Shown here piece by piece: positions 50,286 to 63,015 of a stretch of DNA of 64,000 nt. The notes beneath the pieces were generated by a model. The model was not told the origin of the DNA, made no database searches, and was given only the letters and a program-made list of their open reading frames with translations. Source of the stretch: Pseudovirgaria hyperparasitica. Lineage: Eukaryota. The stretch lies in the NCBI GenBank assembly GCA_010093815.1, contig ML996572.1. One strand, 5' to 3'. Every line of letters starts with the position of its first letter. Position 1 is the first letter of the stretch. Position numbers and translations under genes: made by a program.

Positions 50286-50777
50286 ATGATGGCAACCTTA
50301 ACAAAAGCCAAGATCAACCCACTTCACTTCCCTCGCCCACCCTCATGCGAGCTCACGCCACGCCATCTCCAGGTCAAATGGAACGGGCAGCTCATTGCGG
50401 ATACAAAGGAGGCTTACTGGGTTCTTGAAACGCACCATCCACCAACATATTACCTTCCGCCTTCGTCTCTCAAAGTTCCACTAACGGTAAACCCGCGGCA
50501 GTCGTATTGTGAGTGGAAAGGCAAAGCTACGTACTATGATATTGTCAATCCGAGTAATTCCTCGGAGGTCGTGAAGAGTAGGATTTGGAGCTATGATGAT
50601 CCGACAAAAGGCTTTGCACCCATCAAGAATTTCTTAAGCTTCTATGCGGGGCCGTGGGATTGTTATGTTGACGGTGAGAGAGTGGAGCCGCAGCCAGGTG
50701 ACTTTTATGGTGGGTGGATGACAAGCGATATCGAACGTAGCACCGTGAAGGGTGGTCCAGGTACTTGGGGTTGGTAG
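50286..50777 (+). CDS. DUF427 domain protein
   Basis: WVLETHHPPTYYLP, SYCEWKGKATY, WSYDDP and PQPGDFYGGW. Confidence 0.88.
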   Translation: MMATLTKAKINPLHFPRPPSCELTPRHLQVKWNGQLIADTKEAYWVLETHHPPTYYLPPSSLKVPLTVNPRQSYCEWKGKATYYDIVNPSNSSEVVKSRIWSYDDPTKGFAPIKNFLSFYAGPWDCYVDGERVEPQPGDFYGGWMTSDIERSTVKGGPGTWGW

Positions 50778-51168
50778 TCGGAAAACCTTTTACGGTTTCT
50801 ACAATATGCTCGGTCCTTCGGAGACTGTTAGAGGGCGGAACTTAGGCTGTCGAGTCGGAATAGCATGTGAAACTGGTCTATACCCTCTCGAGAACGGGAT
50901 GGGTTTCACTGCTTCGTTCGATCATGATCTTCATCCTGTCATTATGGAGCACAAACTTGCAGGCTAATACATTGATAACATGTACGTGCAGCAGCTCAGC
51001 TACTATATAATGAGCTATATTTATTCTTGCTGCCTGTCACTTTCAATAGCCCGGTAAAGACACGTTATTCTAGATTGATCTACCGTTATCACGTCGAGAG
51101 CATAAAACATTTACTGGCTTTCCGTACTGACAAGAATAAGGAGTCTGTTTTAACGGAAGCCTACTCGT

Positions 51169-53205
51169 CTATCTCCTCGTCCTCACACCCCCTTTCCCGC
51201 CCTCCTTATCCGCCAGACTAACCACCTCACCAATCCCCGCTTGCTCTTGCTCGTCTTCAAGTACCCGAATCTCCTCCCGAGTATCCCACCACTTATCCTC
51301 TGCTCTCTCGAACGCCGCCGTCTTGATCTCTTTGACTGATTTGGGTGCTGCAGGATGCGCACTCGCTCTGTTCATGGTGTCGATCTCGATGTTTTGCCAT
51401 GCTTCAGACGTCCGAGCATAAAAGTCACGTAGTGTCTCAAAGGGGCGAGGGTGCGGTAGTCCGTCGTCAACTGTGGCTGTCGATTCCTCCTCTTCGTCTT
51501 CGGTAGGCTTGTTTGAGGCATCTGGAATCGAGGTCGCGGCTGTTGTAACACTCGCAGTGTCAGACTTATCCTCATCAAAATCACTGTCAACGTCCGAATC
51601 TTCTTCTTCTTCCTCCTCTTCGTCCTCATCCATCTCGTCCTCGCTTCCAGCCCAATCGTCAAGCTCGCGCTTGAAGATCTCCTTAACGCCATCCAGTTTG
51701 CCTAAGTCGATGGCCCACAGATCGTCAAATGTGTATTCGCGGTCACCTTTTTCAAATGTGCCACCATAAATGTACAGTACGTCATTTTGCACTGTGAGTT
51801 GGGCGTTGAAGCGTGGATGTGGCATCTCGAAAACCACGGCTTTCTCGGGGCGGTTTGCTGTTTCCTCGTCTGACTCCGTATTTTTCAGTGCATCGGGTAT
51901 ATCTTTATCTCCTTCATCGTGAGCTAGTCTCCCCTTTGTCTCCAGCGCTGCCAGGTTGCGTAGCAATTCCTCCTCGTCAGCCTTTCCCCGTCCCCGCCTT
52001 CCGCGCTCAGCTCCTTGACCCCCTTTCTTCGGCGCCGCACGTGGCCGCCTGAGTGTGAGTGAGAAGTATCGATTTCGCTCTACATTCCATGCGAAAAGCT
52101 GGTTGAAAAATTCACTATCAATACCCTCCTCACTCTCTTCGATATCATACACGCCGCCAAACATAATCCCACGCCCCTTGTGATACGCCATTGTCGCTCC
52201 TGCTCGCGCCGGATTCGGCGGATTCGCAGGCCGCTTGCGACGTTCCCATACGACCTTCGGTAGCGTATTCGATGGCGCCTCTGCAGGCGGGGGGGTAATA
52301 CGTAGGAACCATGTATCCTGATGGACCATGGGCTTGAGCACCGTGCGACCAGCACCACCAGCTGCGGCACCCTTGGCCTGCGAAGATTTTCCTGCAGGGC
52401 CCTTCACACGTGAGTAACCGCCATACAACACAGCGCCACGCTCGTGCGGGAGGAACGTGAAAGAGGACCGTGGTTCCGGCTTACCCGTCGCAGGCGGAAG
52501 TATCGGCGTGTGCCAGACAAAGGTAGAGGTGTCGTATATCCAGACATCCTGCAGATACTTCGTCTGCTGGCTGGTATCCTGAAACCCGCCAAACAAGATG
52601 ATATAGTTCTTGAAATACGTCATGCGATGCCCACTGCGCGCCGGCGGCCCTTTACCCTTGAACTCTATGCGCGTCCATTCGCGGCTCTGTGGATCCAGGC
52701 GCCAGAAGTCGTTGTAGTGATAAAATGTGCCTTGTTTCGGAGACGAGAATTCGCCGCCGAAGAGGTAAATTCCACCGGCATTGCCGCCCCGTGTCCAGGC
52801 GTGGCCGGAGCGGGGCAGCGGTGTGTTGGGGCTTGTGATTGTGCGCCATTCGTCGTGTTTGATGTTGTAGACGACCAGGTCGTTGTAGAAATGGGCAAGG
52901 GCGCCATTGTAGTATTCGCCGCCGAAAAGAAAAAGTTCATTCGAGTTTGCTGGGTTTGCGAGCAGAGTGGCGGAGCTGCGTGCGGACGGGGGCTTACAGG
53001 GTGTTTCTGTTACTTTGAGAAATTGCTCTTGCTGGCGAGCATACTCGGCGAGCACGGAGTCAATGTCGACGTCGTCGGCATCAGAATCGTCGGCGTTCTT
53101 GGCTTTGCTGGCGTGCTTTTTTTCTTTCTTGTTTACTTTGCGTTCTTGACGAGCGACGATTTTAAGCTTCTTGTCAGCTGCCTTCGCTTTCTTATCCTTT
53201 CCCAT
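51169..53205 (-). CDS. KEL3: Kelch-repeat protein Kel3/KLHDC4 with C-terminal DUF4110-type region
   Basis: LFLFGGEYYNG, FGGEFSSPKQGTFYHYNDFW, PPARSGHRM, acidic tract and PHPRPFETLRDFYART. Confidence 0.9.
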   Translation of the reverse strand: MGKDKKAKAADKKLKIVARQERKVNKKEKKHASKAKNADDSDADDVDIDSVLAEYARQQEQFLKVTETPCKPPSARSSATLLANPANSNELFLFGGEYYNGALAHFYNDLVVYNIKHDEWRTITSPNTPLPRSGHAWTRGGNAGGIYLFGGEFSSPKQGTFYHYNDFWRLDPQSREWTRIEFKGKGPPARSGHRMTYFKNYIILFGGFQDTSQQTKYLQDVWIYDTSTFVWHTPILPPATGKPEPRSSFTFLPHERGAVLYGGYSRVKGPAGKSSQAKGAAAGGAGRTVLKPMVHQDTWFLRITPPPAEAPSNTLPKVVWERRKRPANPPNPARAGATMAYHKGRGIMFGGVYDIEESEEGIDSEFFNQLFAWNVERNRYFSLTLRRPRAAPKKGGQGAERGRRGRGKADEEELLRNLAALETKGRLAHDEGDKDIPDALKNTESDEETANRPEKAVVFEMPHPRFNAQLTVQNDVLYIYGGTFEKGDREYTFDDLWAIDLGKLDGVKEIFKRELDDWAGSEDEMDEDEEEEEEEDSDVDSDFDEDKSDTASVTTAATSIPDASNKPTEDEEEESTATVDDGLPHPRPFETLRDFYARTSEAWQNIEIDTMNRASAHPAAPKSVKEIKTAAFERAEDKWWDTREEIRVLEDEQEQAGIGEVVSLADKEGGKGGVRTRR

Positions 53206-53357
53206 ATCTTGAGATATTTTGGTTGAATGAATTTGTTTCTGGACGTTCTCAAAAATGCTAAAAGATCTAAAAACGAAGACTGACTTAGCTTAGCGAGCTG
53301 TCACGTGGCCGGACAGTACTATCATAGAATACAGTCGTTATTAGATATCATACCTTC

Positions 53358-53476
53358 ACATTCGGCCATACCATACTGAAAACAAGCGGTCCCGTCCGCT
53401 CCCGCATACTTAAGCAGTATAGGGGTGGATTAGTAGTTAGGTGGGTGACCACTAGCGAATACCCACTGCTGAATGT
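53358..53476 (+). rRNA. 5S rRNA gene (dispersed copy)
   Basis: 119 nt ACATTCGGCCATAC...TCCCGTCCGCTC...TTAAGC...TTAGTAGTTAGGTGGGTGACCACTAGCGAAT...GCTGAATGT. The ends pair, and a T-run (Pol III terminator) starts at the 3' end. Confidence 0.95.
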
Positions 53477-53887
53477 TTTGAATCCTGATTCTCGTTGGGA
53501 GCGACTAAATTCTTTTACTCTCGTGACCACTCAATGTAATAATAGTCCTCTTTGCTCGTCAGAAGGACGAAGCCATGGTAAAAGTGCTCTTTGCTCGGAA
53601 GCTAGGATCGAGATCTGCGCATCGGTCTCTTTCCTACAGGACGCGGTGAATTAAAACTGTCTTCTTCACTCATACCAAGACCAGCACAACGACGATACAT
53701 CCGCAGCAGTGAGCTAGCTGGCCACAGTTGGCTGATAAATTTTTGGTAGTCTGGCCCTAGTATCAAATACTGCAAATAGCAGCGCCTCAGCGCCGGCCTG
53801 ATGCTTCTTCGTAAAAATACACGCAAACGCCAAACCATGCAATATGCTCCATGAAAATGCTTCAGCAGCGACAATCTGCCCAGCTTA

Positions 53888-55634
53888 CTAGAGCTCACGC
53901 GCCATATAGAACAGTAGGTATGCATTCGCTTCGAGAACATCCGCTTCGCTTGCTGCTACTGCCTTGTTGTCGTCGAACAGAAACCAGTCCTGGCCTTCGC
54001 GGCTGTAGCTGATATAGTGGCCCGTATCAATGTTTCCCTTGTGCACGATGACCGCACTGAGTTCGTAGACAAGCTCTGGGCTTGCTTTTGGTACGAAGCC
54101 ATTTGCGAACGACTTTTTGTTGTTCGCGTCCTTGGCCCGGGTTGTGTAGGGGTGCAAGTTGAGTTGAAGAGGAAAGGCAACCCGCGTTTCAAGTTTCGTA
54201 GCGTTAGCTTTGGAGTGCTCGAAGCGCTTCAGGTGCACAGGAACGACAGGTGGAAGGCGCTTGATGCTCAATTGCTTTGTGGCGGGTTGCGAGCCACCGC
54301 ATTTTTGGCATGTATAGTCTGTGGCAGGAAGTTTTTCTTTTTGGGTAAAGCTGTCCAGGCATTCCTTTAGATCGATTTTGATTTCGGCCTTCTCGGCTTT
54401 GGAAGCGCCGGGCTCAAGCTTGCGCTTCTTGACGTCGCGGATGTCGAGGCTGAGGTCCATGACTGGGTCGAGAGCAGTGGTGATATTCTTGCATTTATCG
54501 CATCTGACTGTAGATTGGAGCTGACCGTAGAAGGTCTTGTGTATAATGCAGGAACAATCTTCCGATAATGTACCGCCGTTCTTCTGATGAAGAGAGTTGA
54601 AGAGGAACTGCATGTACTCGTGAGCATCTTGTTGTTGATAGCCGACGAGAGCCTATAGAATGTCAGCTTATGCTCATGTCCTCTTGGGATCTTCTCAAGA
54701 GTACCTGTTCTGCCATCCAGCTTGCAAGCAGCATGCTCACAGCACCGTAACCCTCAGTTTTCTCTGCTGAATAAAACTCCTGAAAGATCTCATCCATTGC
54801 ACAGCTTATGCAGTACTCATCGTCACAGTCCCGAGAGCTATGTCCTTCAGACAGATAGAAGTTCCGTACCAGTGGATTGTGGATGATGGTCTGAAGTATG
54901 ACACTCATAAAGCAAGTTTGGCCCATGTTGTAAAGGCCGCGTAGACCGGTAGCCCGACATGGTACGAATGCTGCATGTGTGGCCACCAGTCTTTGATCTT
55001 CTATGCCATTGGAATCATCGGCTTTACGTTTTGTACCTGAAGGAGCTTAGATCTCGTTGAAAATGAACCAGGTGAGCTTGTGCCTTACCCCTTTGGGCGC
55101 GAATCTTCTCGAACTCTGGATCGTAGACGAAGTCTCGACAGAACTGGCAATAAAGACAACCATGTCGCGATTCGACAGCTATTGTATCATATGAGCTTTT
55201 GGGGACATTGCAGTGTCAAAGCACACATACTGAATGCGTGCTTCCTGGCTTCATGATGCTTGTCTCTTCCGTCTGCGCTCATTATACTCGGACATTGAAG
55301 GCAAAGGTACGTAGGTTTTATGGACACTACAATCGTGTCATTCTCGCTGGAAGATGATTTGTAGGTCTGAGGTTTTATCCGTCGAGGATCCGCGAGGGTT
55401 TGTATGGCAGTCTCGTAAGTCTCTTTGGCAAGCGCCTTATTCGCCTTGAATAAGCTTTGCACATGCTCTGCAACAATGTCAGTTGGGTTCGTTGAGCTTT
55501 CAGAGTCAACTATATTCACCACAGCCAAAAGTAGCGTTTGGCAACGTGCTCGAACCTGTCGGAGCAGCCTTTGTTTTAGTAACTTTAGGGGACACCAGCT
55601 GTGAAGCCTTGGTGGTGGCACCGATAGAATCCAT
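53888..55634 (-). CDS. UBP8: Ubiquitin-specific protease Ubp8/USP22 (zf-UBP + USP), multi-exon
   Basis: CLQC and YCQFCRDFVYDP zinc finger, GLRGLYNMGQTCFMS (Cys box), QQDAHEY, HLKRFEH and VHKGNIDTGHYISY. Confidence 0.92.
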
Positions 55635-57756
55635 CGTCTTCAAACTCGTGAGCACACCGCTACATGTTTCGGTTCATGTCAGCCACCAGCAGATTATGCA
55701 GAAGATTGCCGATAAGGTAGGTACCGTAAATCATCCACGGTAACTGCGCCGTTTGCACGTAGCAATGGATAGGATACGCAGCCGATTCGGGTGAGGTAAA
55801 GCAGCTAAGGAGCCGTGATTAGCTAGGCTGCCCAGGGTCGAGTTGCCAATCTAGCGCGATCCTCCTGACTGGGAACAGCCACAGGCAAAGCCACGTGGGC
55901 GCCTTCTTCTTGACCTCGGAGACCCGCCCAGGTGCCCGACTCCCAAACACAGTAGCCAGCAGCATATTAGGGCCTGGCCTTCACTATAATCATGTGCCAT
56001 ACGCAAGTGCAGGCTGCTTTCTGGTCCGGTCCGATAACTGCCTTTTCACCCACGATATATCTGTATATCGAAACGTAGAGATACTCATCTTGACAATATA
56101 TAGGCATCACAGCCTCGAGGCTCCAATCCTGTCCAGACTGATCCTGTCAATGCAAAGCTCCTATCCGGAACCTCCTGGGTGCCTCGTATTCGAAGGACTG
56201 TGGGACTCATTATGTTTCCTTCGGAGATCCCACTAGGAACTCTTTCGTTGGGGCTCTAGAAAAGGAGTGGGAGTATAACCCATACAACATAGACCACAAG
56301 ACGCCTCATCAAGCCATGTCTCAAACTTTTAAGCTTCCCAACATTCTTTCACCCACCTGATAAAACACAGCTACTGGAACCTTAGATATATGCCTCTATT
56401 CCTCCGTGCACTTGCCTGTAAAGGCTATGGTAAAGGCATATTCTCAAACCCTCAACCTCCTCTTTTACTGCTCCTTGTCATTTCTCCGTCCCCTATTCCT
56501 TTGTTTCGCTCTTTTCAGATCTTTAGTCCTTTCAGTATGCCAGGTTCTCGTATAGAACTAGCCGAGTCTTGACAAGCACACGTAGAATTATACCATCAAT
56601 CAGTCCCAAATATGCCGTGTCACAGTTCCATCTGCGATCCTCCCAGCCCGTACACTTTTGAAACAGTTCCTTAACCTGTGCCTTCTCTGACCTCCAACCT
56701 TCTGATAACATCCTTGTCTAGTACACCAGAGTCCCTATCGGCGACAAGAATTCTACGATGTCAACGCCCCCTACTCCTTTATCAACGCTGCCATTCACAA
56801 AGTGGGACCCGACGTCCATCCTACTGCCCACATGCATAACTTAGACGGTGTTGTCTTATCGGCCTCTTCCCGGTCCTACGAGATGCTAAGCCAAGACGTA
56901 TGTTAATCATGGCGATACAAATATATGCTTATTGTAACGGCTTGATTTTCAACGAGAAGGGATGGGAGAATTGGTAGCAGCACTAAGGAAGACTAGGAAG
57001 GGCATGATACTTCGGAGTAATGGCCTGTTAACAGTGGGTGACGGTGCCATCTTCTCGATTTTATTTGACAGAGATTAGCGGTGAGGTGCAATTGGTAGTC
57101 GAAGCGGAGGCGAGATGGTCTTGGAGAAGGTGCTAGATGGTCTAGATGGGACCTTTGAGTATACATTGCGCAGGACGTGTGATCTAGAGATATTATATTA
57201 GAAACTCCAGCCGGATTTGAAAGGGAGACGTAGGGGGCTAGACGAAGAAGGGTGCGAGAAGGTGTTACTGACCCTTCACGCATGTGATCATATGTAGGAA
57301 TCGCATGGTTCACGTGAAGCATGAAATGTCGTCCTCGTTGAAATATGTTTTACTCATAATGCTTAATATCAAGCACATCCATCCCCTGTCATTTCAATCA
57401 CTATTTCTTGTCAAATGTCAGAATTTGAACAAAAACATTCAAACAGACCGCACCGAGGCAAGAAAACTGCGCTTATTTACCACTAGCCTGACCCAAAGGT
57501 GCCAGTTACTGACTTACTTATCCTTTCTCTACAATGCCATGTCATAGATGGTAATCGAATGGGTGATGTTCATATACATAAACAGTCGGGTGGGTGATGT
57601 GGTAACTATTTGCCCAGGTGGTCTAAATGTTTCGTTAGTAAGCACATGAAAATGCCCAGATGAAACAGCTCAATCTAAGCAGTCTAGATCTAACATTGTG
57701 TGAATTGACCACCCAATGCTACAAATGTGCTACTCAAAAACACGCTAATACATGCA

Positions 57757-59112
57757 TCAAACAGCCTGCCATGTAATCGTCAACGAAGTCGCGTGGCTAG
57801 ACGTGTACACCTTCTGCTGCGTCGACCCGGATGGGACAGAATCTGCATAGAATGTCGAGCTTCCACCCGAGGCGAGCTTGCCGTTGTCCGATGTGAACAC
57901 GGTAGCGGTAGTACCAGAAGCACAGGTGAGTGTGCCAGACTGAATAGCACAAGGACCTTTCAGGACTATTAGCAGAGACAAGACAAACGGACCGGAGAAT
58001 GGTGTTTACCTTTGCTAGATGATAGAGTAAACCCGCTACCAGAAGAAGTCGCTGTGAAGGTAGCACAAGTACCAGAGCTGTACCAAGTTCCAGCACTGAT
58101 AATGCAACCTTTCTGTGAGCCTCCAGAGTTGCCATTTAAGTATCCTTTTGCTGGTGATCAGCGAGAGTGAGATGAATAATTGAGATATCTTACCTTTGCC
58201 AGAAAATGGAGCTCCTGTTGGCGCAGGGCCGATGGACGTTGTCTTCGTGCCACCGCCTGAAGAGCCCTTAGGAAGGTACTTGACACCCGTGGATGGGCAA
58301 GTGGACTTGGTACCATCAGGGTCAGTTGCTACAAATTCTCCAGTCTGCACGGAGCCCTTGACGTTGTAGTGATACCAGATCTCGTTGAGTGCGCCACTGG
58401 AGCAGCCGAGTGTGACTTGATATCCATGCTTGGCCGAGAGGGCGCTCTGGATTTGAGCGGATGTATATGTGCTACTGGACGAGGGTATGATGCCGGCTTC
58501 GGACAGCCATTGATAAGACGGCAGCGCCTTAAAGAGTGTGACAGTCTTTTCAAAGAAGTCTGCAACTTCCTCGGTAGGAGAAAAACTGGAATAACAGGAG
58601 GGCTCGTATGTGCTGATGCATGTGCCATGCTTCCCCCACTCATGCGCCCAGAAGGTTTCGTCATTGCCTTGATAGTCTTTCCAATATGTGTTCATGTATG
58701 AGAGTGTTGACTGCTTGCCGTTGGCATTGAGGATAGCAGAGATATTAGTATACTCGCGCTTCGAGTCGCAGCTAGCTTCATAGGTACCATCGCAGTTATC
58801 GGGCCTTATTCAAGGTTAGGATGAGGTCGTGTAGATGGACTTAAGAACGTACCATAGTCCGTGGATCGTCCAGGCGTCCGAGGGTCCGGTAGGAGGGTTG
58901 GTATCCCAGAACTGGGTTTGGAGAAGCTGTCCGCCTGGTGCATTGAAGCAGCAAGTGTTTGCGACTGCAGTAGTATTATGACAGCTGAGCTGGGAGTTTG
59001 AGCATGTTGCTGGGGTTCCACCCAGCACTGTTGCGCCTGATCCTAAGAGGACTTGGACACTGCCCAGGGCGAACTTCGATATAGTTTTCAGGGAAGGTAC
59101 AGAGGAAGCCAT
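57757..59112 (-). CDS. Secreted ribonuclease T2 with C-terminal extension (multi-exon)
   Basis: CAS I WTIHGLW/PD, CAS II FWAHEWGKHGTC and TCCFNAPGGQLLQTQFWD. Confidence 0.95.
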
Positions 59113-59926
59113 ATTTACGATGAGATCTACACGTCCGTCTCCCATGACAATGGGATTCCTCACGTTTTGTACTGCATCTCTGGCGAACCTCAGCGCCATC
59201 CTTCCGGCTGCTGAACGTGTATCCAAGATAGTGCTCTGCTATAGCACCGCCGCTGTTATTGGATGATGTTTCGGGGTCGCAGCGGCTCTAGATATCGAAC
59301 AGGTAGGTCGGCGTAGATGATATGCAGCGGATACAGGACCGCCCCGTCTGGTAGTTATCCGATCCATCCAGTCAGGTGGCCGGGCGTTGTCTCGTGCGCT
59401 GGGGGCTGGGTAAGGTGCCTGAGATGAAGATCGCTGCAAGCGAAGCTTGGTATACCACTGGAAGCTTGTGTCCATGCTGGAAGCAACAAGAAGCTTTTTG
59501 CAGCATAGGTGGATCGAAGACGCAGTAGTCGTCCAGCTGTGGTCGGCGTGTGGAGACCTTGAAACGCCCAGGGGTGGCAATCTGCATTTCGCCTTGTCGT
59601 GCCTTCCTAATTCAGCCGTTATCGGCGTGTCACGGCAATTAGACATGCATTATCATTTTGACTACACCACAGACTCGGAGGTCGTGAAGTTGTGCAGGAG
59701 CTCGCCTACATTTTCTGCAATAAATTTACATATCGCTACATACATAATCATTGTAGTACACTGCCCCTGATTGAATTCGTGAGATCTTGCATTCGCTGAT
59801 GATCTGAGCCAACGCCAGGTTCTGAGCTAACGCCAATTCCCTGACAAATGCTGCACACTCATGATACAAACACTATCTGAATGCACATAGCCTCTATTAG
59901 TGCCAAGGCGTCCGTTGATCATCTCT

Positions 59927-61683
59927 TCAATAATCATCATAGCTGGGATAGGAGTTATTCGCTCCCTGACCAGTATTTTCCACATCATCAAGACTTCTAT
60001 ATGTGTTGCCCCCGTTGCCTCTTCCACGGCCTCGATTTCCTCCACCTCCACCCCCACCACCGCGGGAGCGGTTGTCTCGGCCTCCTCGGCCTCCTTGAAG
60101 TCCTCTATGGCGGTCTCCTCGACCGCGTTGTTGATTACCACCTCTGTAGTTTCCTGAGATGCCGCCGCCACGTCTCTCATCGGGCCCGTGCCATTGCCAA
60201 TTGTGTTGAGGCTGGCGCTTATGCTGAGGTGGTGGGCCTGAACTTAAAGACATGTAGTCGTCTTCGCGTCCGTGGCTGCGCTTGGCCTGCTTGTTCGCAT
60301 ATTGGTTCTCTCGGTCGTTACTCGCCCGGACCTCGTTTTCAATGCGAAGCGTCACCTTTTCGCCGACGGTGCTTTCTATCTCGAACGATTGAGCCTCAGA
60401 TACTGGGTGCCAATTCTGAATTCGATTCGCGTCCATCGGTCGGGCGCCTCTTCTGAGTGTCAATACAACAGTTGGGGTGGCGTTGTCCGTGTAAACGTCC
60501 CTGGACGATTCAGATACTGGCTCCAAACGTGCAGCCCATAACTTGTTTTCGAAAACCGCAGTGCCTGTGACTCGCCAGGTGACTTTCTTGCCGATACCGC
60601 CGACTTTATCCATGATAGTCTTGGGGCAAGGTCTCGCAGTAATAAGGATGCTATTTGCGAGGTGGCGAACTTCTCCCTCAGGAGTGCCCGGCGGCAGTTT
60701 GACAAGACTCAAAAGTTTCTTAGTAGACTCTGGAGATATGAGGTAGGCAGTGAAGGAAGTCGTCCGTTTGATCTGGTAAGATGTTGTCCCTGGTGGTGCT
60801 CGGCGTGCTTTGACCTCTTCGTTGTGAGCGTTGATTATTCGCTGAATTTCCGCTACTTCTGTGACTGGGTCTAGACTCGCAGCGTTTTCGGGGACCTGGA
60901 TGACTTCCGCTATGATCGTATTACGTTTTACCGGAGTGTCTGGTGTCATCAGAGTCTTGTTAAATGTAAAGAAGAACTCTCTGAAAGCTTTCGTGTGCTT
61001 CGGCCTGTCCTCATATATTCGTATCTCCTCTGCATCTTTGTACGTGTACACTATTTCTTTGAGCAGCTCTTGCTTGTACATCAATGTACTACCGAATGTC
61101 TGATTTGACGGACCCACAGTCGGCTTCAAGCAGACCATATCGAAGTTCATGCCTTTGCTACGTGCCATACGCTTTATGAGATCGGAAAAGCGAGCCTCGG
61201 CTCTTCCGGTAAGCAACACAGTTAAGGCGTCTTTCGAATCCGTCGACAGTTTGACCAGGTCTACAACCTCTTCATTCCACCATCCTTGCCATGCTTTGGC
61301 TTCTTCTTTTTCCAAACCTTCGCCAGTGGCGGCTAATATGTTACTGTCGTGCCACCAACCACCTCCTAGAAAATAGTCCATGCTACTCAGTTTACCTATT
61401 GTGTTTATATCCCATAGCTGCTTGTTCGGTAGAGGACTCATGAAGACTTCGGGTATTTAGCGAAAGCATTCTTGGCTGATGTACAGCTTGACCTACGAGT
61501 ATTGTCGAAGTCGTAGATATGAATCGACTTGATATTAGGGATAGCTATGGGTATAATGTGAGTATTATATCGATTAGACAATAGCTTAAGGGCATGTTTA
61601 CGTGGGAGAGCATTGTCCTGACAGGACCATCTTTTCAAGCCAGTCAGTGTGTATTTCGCACTTCCGCCATTGCCGTTGGCCAT
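59927..61683 (-). CDS. Swiss-Army-knife RNA-repair-like HAD phosphatase protein with RGG-rich tail
   Basis: IHIYDFDNT/LFMSPLPN (DxDxT split by an intron), GGWWHD, VLLTGR, IRIYEDR and a C-terminal RGG tract. Confidence 0.85.
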
Positions 61684-62019
61684 CGCTTCTGGAGGCAAAA
61701 GAATCCCGAGAGATCTACGAAACGTGAGGTTTGATTTCGGCTTGTTCCATAGCAGTGAAATCATGCACCACTATATGCGGGAAATCGTGGAAGGCTTTGG
61801 AAGAATTCAACGAGGATTTTTGGTCAGAGTCATGTCGCGCAACGCGCTCTAGATTACGCCGGTGTCGATCGTGCCGGGCTGTAACCGCCCATCATTCAGC
61901 CCTACCCCTACCAGAGACGCGCGCTAAGGTCTGAGGCTTCCAGGTACTCAACTCTGACCTGAACCCTTCTCTCAACGTTACCTACCTATCATTACGCTTC
62001 CTGACTACGCCTCTCGTAT

Positions 62020-63015
62020 ATGGAGCATGATGAGACGGCGAGCGAGCCCATACTTTCGCGGGATGTTTGCACAGATACCATTGCCGAGCGAGGCAAGGTG
62101 AAAGTCAGTCAAGCAGTCCCAGATCATTGCGTCATCTGCCTCTGCCCCATCTCCGAGAGGGCCATAACAACGCCGTGTAATCACTATACGTTTGACTTCA
62201 TATGCTTGGCCAGCTGGTTAGAGCAGCGTTCTGTGTGTCCGCTATGTGAGTGTCGTGCCCACGACACGCATGTCCACTGACAAAGCATAGGCAACACCGA
62301 GATCACAGCAATAGAATATGACTTTGCGTCGCCAACTGACTTTGAGAGATTAGCCATCAAACCGACCAGGCCATCTGGTAGAGTGGAAAACGCTTCACCT
62401 TCCCGTCAAAATCGACTGATGCACTCGAGTCAACGAACACCAACTCAAAGACCATGGGGTATTACTACTCCTGCACCGAGCCCTGACTTGGCACTGGTTC
62501 GTCGACGACACGTGTATAAACACGGGCTTCGGTGTCTCCATGTAGGCAGCAACCGAGTATCTAGGTATCGTGACTATACACCAATCCAATTCTCTACGTC
62601 CAGCGACTTGCAATCTCGAGCTCGACAGTGGATACGGCGGGAGCTACAGGTCTTCACTTTTCTAGATCCCACCAATGAGAGACGCTCACATGACGATGAA
62701 CAAGAGAGGGGTGCGAGTGTTGGACGAGCGTCAAATGCCGAATTCCTTCTATCATACCTTATAGCCATACTCAAAACAGTAGACATAAAGGGCAGTGCAG
62801 GGCAAGCTCAAGACATGCTTCAAGACTTCATCGGCCGAGAGAATGCATGTCTATTCTTACACGAGCTAAATTCATGGCTTCGGAGTCCATATATCCGCGT
62901 CCAAGATTGGGATAGGCACGTACAGTACGCACAAAAGCTCCCAGGCCCAAATGGAGACAGGTGTGTGGATTATCGCTATGCCGCTTACAGGAGATACGCG
63001 GGCGCTTCTGAATAG
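62020..63015 (+). CDS. RING-finger E3 ligase, Topors-like C-terminal domain (1 intron)
   Basis: CVICL...PCNH..FDFICL..WL....CPLC; RARQWIRRELQVF, NAEFLL and LFLHEL.SWLRSPY. Confidence 0.85.

Noticed and set aside
52444..53226. 260-aa plus-strand ORF and many other antisense ORFs over real genes
   Set aside because: Shadow frames of GC-rich coding sequence (here KEL3); no recognisable motifs.
55750..57700. Possible telomerase RNA or other ncRNA in the long intergenic gap
   Set aside because: No TAACCCTAA-type template or recognisable tRNA/snoRNA boxes found by eye.
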